In this document: piece by piece, positions 60,611 through 64,000 of the stretch
Numbering within the stretch: position 1 is the first letter of the stretch
Layout of the letters: each line of letters starts with the position of its first letter
NCBI GenBank assembly: GCA_963662585.1
Contig: OY759729.1
Coordinates: 960,001 to 1,024,000 of the forward strand
Origin: Candidatus Cloacimonadales bacterium
Lineage (GTDB): Bacteria > Cloacimonadota > Cloacimonadia > Cloacimonadales > JAFGVF01
Length of the DNA stretch: 64,000 nucleotides
Direction: 5' to 3'
The notes under the pieces: model-generated
Told to the model about the DNA's origin: nothing
The model's input: the letters and a program-made list of their open reading frames with translations, nothing else
Database searches by the model: none
Position numbers and translations under genes: made by a program

Positions 60611-63535
60611 ATGAAGAAAAAGACAATAATCATCGAATCAGTTATACTGGTTACATCAATTATTCTTTTGGTGCTTTTCTTAGGGTTGCCCCAGATGTTG
60701 GATCTTAATAAAAGAGCTAACCAACAAAAAAACATTTCTCAACTTACTGAGTTGAGTCTATCAACAAATAAATTTTTAGATAAGTACATGTTTAGCATGA
60801 CTGCTGATCTATCCCGAATCAAAGAAAAAATGGAATATACACAGAGACTTAATGTCCCAGGAGACAGTAAATTCCAATATTTGGTATATGGTGGAGTTAA
60901 AGATGTTGATTTAAGATATGTTGTGTCATACGACCTATTTGATTTAATGAATCAGTATAATAAAGTAACTGATACTAACAAACAACAATTTATCAATTCA
61001 GTTAATGCTTATGTGATTTCAGCAAAACAAAGAATGTTAAATAGTCCAGAAAAAGAAAAATATAGTGATTATATTGGTTACTTAGATTTACTTATTTCCA
61101 AGCTAGATGATAATAACTATTTCAGAAGAGCTCAATACACAAAAACTATTGTTAATCCTGCTTTTGATGCCAACAAAGTTTCTCTTTTTGGTTCAATTGC
61201 CCAGAATTTCGTAGGTTCTGAGTTATTTAAAGATAGAAGACAGCAAGGTGCAATAATCCTTTATCTCTGCTATATTAATCAAGTTTCAGCTGAAAATGCT
61301 AGTCCTGAGCTCTTTGACAATTTCTATAGAGATTTTACTAATATTTTCAACTACACAAGCTATTATACAAGTTCTGCAGGTAATCCTTTAGAAGACGGTA
61401 TGAAGAGTGGAGAAGTTAAAGAAATGTTTAATAAAGAATTTAGAACTTTCTTCTTAGATTCTATTTATTATACAGACAAATTAAATAAAGGTATAATTGC
61501 TATTGGTACAAACGCTACTGTAGATCCTACTAATAGAGTATCAGACGAATATCTAAATGAACTAGTTAATACTTCTTACCAAAAAGAAGTTAATAAGGTT
61601 ATTGATGACTTATTAGCTCAATATCCTGGAGATTATGATGGATTTGCTACTGCTTTAAGAAATAAAATTAACTCATATAAAATGGCTGACATAGATAGAC
61701 AGATTATTGATATTTATGAATCAGTTTTTAATTACATGCAATATCAAGATTTCCTCTATAAATCAATCGATAAACAGAAAGATAATTTTGTTGCAAGTGA
61801 TTTTAATAATAAGTTCAACGATTTCTATCATAGTTATATTTTAAAGTATGATAAGACTGTCGTTCTTGCTGATTTAGCAAAGGCTATTGATAAAGAAAGA
61901 AACGATAATGAAAGAAACTTATTAAGCAGATTTAAGAACAATAATCTTCTAAAAGATTTCCGTACAGAGATGAAGACACAAGCTCCATTCTTAACTGCTT
62001 TCTACCGCTCAAAAGACTACTCTGATATTTTAAAAAATACTAAAAAGCAATTCATTGAAGAAAAGACTAAAGCTTTTGCAAATCAAGCAAAGACTTCTAA
62101 GTTAACTATTGAGAATTTAAAGAATAGCGTTTCTAATGATAAAATTATTGAAGATGCTCAATACAAGGAAGAGTTGAAAAACAAAATTGCTCAATGGGAA
62201 AATGAATTCACCTACATCCAATATGTTGCAACTATTGATAACCCTAATTCTTCTAAAGCAGGTATTCCTGAAGCAATTCTAGCTGATTCACTTAATGTTA
62301 GAAAGAACAATAAAGCTGTGATTGATAGATTAGTTGCTAGATTTAATGATGCTAAAGAGAATTACATAAAGAACGATTATAACAAATATAAATCTCTTTT
62401 CTCTTATGTTGATTATTGTGCCTCTCAGATAATTTCTACAATTAAAGTAGAAAGAGATGCTGAATTTAATGAATATAAAGATGCTGTATTGAAGATTACA
62501 TCTGATTTTATTACTGAAAAAGATTTCCCTGAATTCGAAAACGAATTAGTTTCTGATATCAGAAATCAGTTAAATGACCTTCATAAGAAGCATACTTTAG
62601 AAGTTGCTACTCTTTCTCCTGAATGGGTTGAAAAATTAGCTGCTCTTAATGCAAAGCTTACTGATCATGCAGAGTATCAAAAATTTGCTAAAGCAAATAG
62701 AATAGCTAATAATAGAATTCTATCTAAACAAGATATTGAAGCTTTCCAAGATGTTTCTATTAATCCAAACGGTTTAGTTTATTACTATAACTTCTATCTC
62801 TACTATACTAAAGACAAAATTGATAAGACTAGATTCTATAGTCAGTTCAGCAAAAGACAATTAGAGATTGCCAAAAAACGCTATGTTAATGATAAATTAG
62901 CTGCTACAGATACTGATTGGAATGACTTAGAAAAGCAGATTAAAATATTAGTAGATAGTAACGATCAAAATAAACGCGAAGAATTTACTTCTACTGTAGC
63001 ATTAACTCTTAAGAATTATAGAGATTTTATCAATAATACTTATAAATATGAAAATGCCTTTAACTTCAATGGAATCTTATCTGATTTATCTAGATCTGAA
63101 AACAACATTAAATTCTACCGTGGACCTATTGAATTTCCTTTCTATGACAAGGATGAATTCTATCTAATTTACGGAAGATTTATTGAAGAAGGTAATAAGA
63201 AAATTGGTATTTCACTTGTTACTTATACTGATATTCACAACTTCCCTAAAGCTAATGCTGTTGTTGTAAGAAACCTCGGCACTACTGATGAAGATGTGGC
63301 AGCAATCAAATCAAATCTTGAGAATAAACTGAATAAGTTAATTGCTCAATACCAAGAAGAGATTGTTAAATTAAGTCAGGAAAGAGAAGAATTCAGAAAT
63401 ATTAATGTGGTTCATAATAATGACCCAGATTATAAGATTACTACTCAAACTGTTCAAGCTAAAAAGATAATCAGAGAAAGATTTACTCTTGCTCTTGAAC
63501 AAATGATTGAAGATTTTGTTAGAGAAAATTATTAA
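60611..63535 (+). CDS. Large hypothetical membrane-anchored, largely helical protein
   Basis: 974-aa ORF, ggag RBS, single N-terminal hydrophobic helix, own terminator. Confidence 0.75.
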   Translation: MKKKTIIIESVILVTSIILLVLFLGLPQMLDLNKRANQQKNISQLTELSLSTNKFLDKYMFSMTADLSRIKEKMEYTQRLNVPGDSKFQYLVYGGVKDVDLRYVVSYDLFDLMNQYNKVTDTNKQQFINSVNAYVISAKQRMLNSPEKEKYSDYIGYLDLLISKLDDNNYFRRAQYTKTIVNPAFDANKVSLFGSIAQNFVGSELFKDRRQQGAIILYLCYINQVSAENASPELFDNFYRDFTNIFNYTSYYTSSAGNPLEDGMKSGEVKEMFNKEFRTFFLDSIYYTDKLNKGIIAIGTNATVDPTNRVSDEYLNELVNTSYQKEVNKVIDDLLAQYPGDYDGFATALRNKINSYKMADIDRQIIDIYESVFNYMQYQDFLYKSIDKQKDNFVASDFNNKFNDFYHSYILKYDKTVVLADLAKAIDKERNDNERNLLSRFKNNNLLKDFRTEMKTQAPFLTAFYRSKDYSDILKNTKKQFIEEKTKAFANQAKTSKLTIENLKNSVSNDKIIEDAQYKEELKNKIAQWENEFTYIQYVATIDNPNSSKAGIPEAILADSLNVRKNNKAVIDRLVARFNDAKENYIKNDYNKYKSLFSYVDYCASQIISTIKVERDAEFNEYKDAVLKITSDFITEKDFPEFENELVSDIRNQLNDLHKKHTLEVATLSPEWVEKLAALNAKLTDHAEYQKFAKANRIANNRILSKQDIEAFQDVSINPNGLVYYYNFYLYYTKDKIDKTRFYSQFSKRQLEIAKKRYVNDKLAATDTDWNDLEKQIKILVDSNDQNKREEFTSTVALTLKNYRDFINNTYKYENAFNFNGILSDLSRSENNIKFYRGPIEFPFYDKDEFYLIYGRFIEEGNKKIGISLVTYTDIHNFPKANAVVVRNLGTTDEDVAAIKSNLENKLNKLIAQYQEEIVKLSQEREEFRNINVVHNNDPDYKITTQTVQAKKIIRERFTLALEQMIEDFVRENY

Positions 63536-63560
63536 TCTAATAATTAACTTTTAAATATAT

Positions 63561-63597
63561 GATGAGATACTTAATTTTTAGTATCTCATCTTTTTTT
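63561..63597 (+). terminator. Intrinsic terminator
   Basis: gatgagatact/agtatctcatc stem plus T7. Confidence 0.88.
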
Positions 63598-63621
63598 AGA
63601 TATCACTAGGGAGAAAAAATA

Positions 63622-64000
63622 ATGGAATACAAAGATTTCTTAGAAACACTATATCAAAGATATTCTGGAAACATCAAATTAGGTCTGCAAAGAATGTTTG
63701 AAATCCTAGCAGACATGGATAATCCCCACACAAAACTTAAGGGATTACATATAGCTGGTACCAATGGTAAAGGTTCTACCTGTGCCATGTTAGAAGCTCT
63801 TAGCTTAGCAAATAATCTTACTACTGGACTTAATACATCTCCCCATTTAGTAAATTACACAGAGAGATTTAGAATAAATGGTAATAATCTTGATTATGAG
63901 ACTATTTATAAAGAATATCAAAAATGGGAAAGTACTTTTAACAGAACTGATGCTTCCTTCTTTGAAATCACTACTGCAATTGCCTTTAAGTTATTCTTAG
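63622..64000 (+). CDS. folC: Folylpolyglutamate synthase/dihydrofolate synthase, 3'-truncated by window edge
   Basis: Translated by hand: MEYKDF...IKLGLQRM...HIAGTNGKGST...TSPHLVNYTERFRING...FFEITTA. Confidence 0.92.
   Translation, partial: MEYKDFLETLYQRYSGNIKLGLQRMFEILADMDNPHTKLKGLHIAGTNGKGSTCAMLEALSLANNLTTGLNTSPHLVNYTERFRINGNNLDYETIYKEYQKWESTFNRTDASFFEITTAIAFKLFL

Overview
Low-GC bacterial chromosomal window, mostly core genome. Several secreted proteins ending in a YPNPFNP...WNGKD...KMILMK domain, GlnRS and amino-acid fermentation genes suggest an anaerobic diderm such as Cloacimonadota (inference only). Left part: partial PrxU-like peroxiredoxin, nucleotidyltransferase, ICMT-like methyltransferase, solo Cas4/AddB-like nuclease, TetR, an operon of a GlmL-fusion protein plus ovothiol synthase OvoA, and a two-kinase/receiver cluster. 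Then a 1.2-kb non-coding tandem array of 292/294-bp multi-hairpin units upstream of rpmH, with diverged relatives scattered in other intergenic regions. Middle: rpmH-rnpA-yidD-yidC-jag, MBL hydrolase, btuF/btuC-like, GNAT, malQ, secreted deiminase, glnS, a 2037-aa surface protein, an ArcE-like (arginine synthetase) gene with arcC, cmk-plsC-ispH-rpsA, and a TPR sigma54 activator with a sigma54 promoter before a secreted LamG protein. Right: tilS-hpt-ftsH, hslVU, pyrR-pyrF-dCMP deaminase-TolC-adaptor, acyl-CoA dehydrogenase, a 974-aa orphan and partial folC. No rRNA, tRNA, CRISPR array or transposase was recognised. All calls are by eye from motifs; no searches were run.
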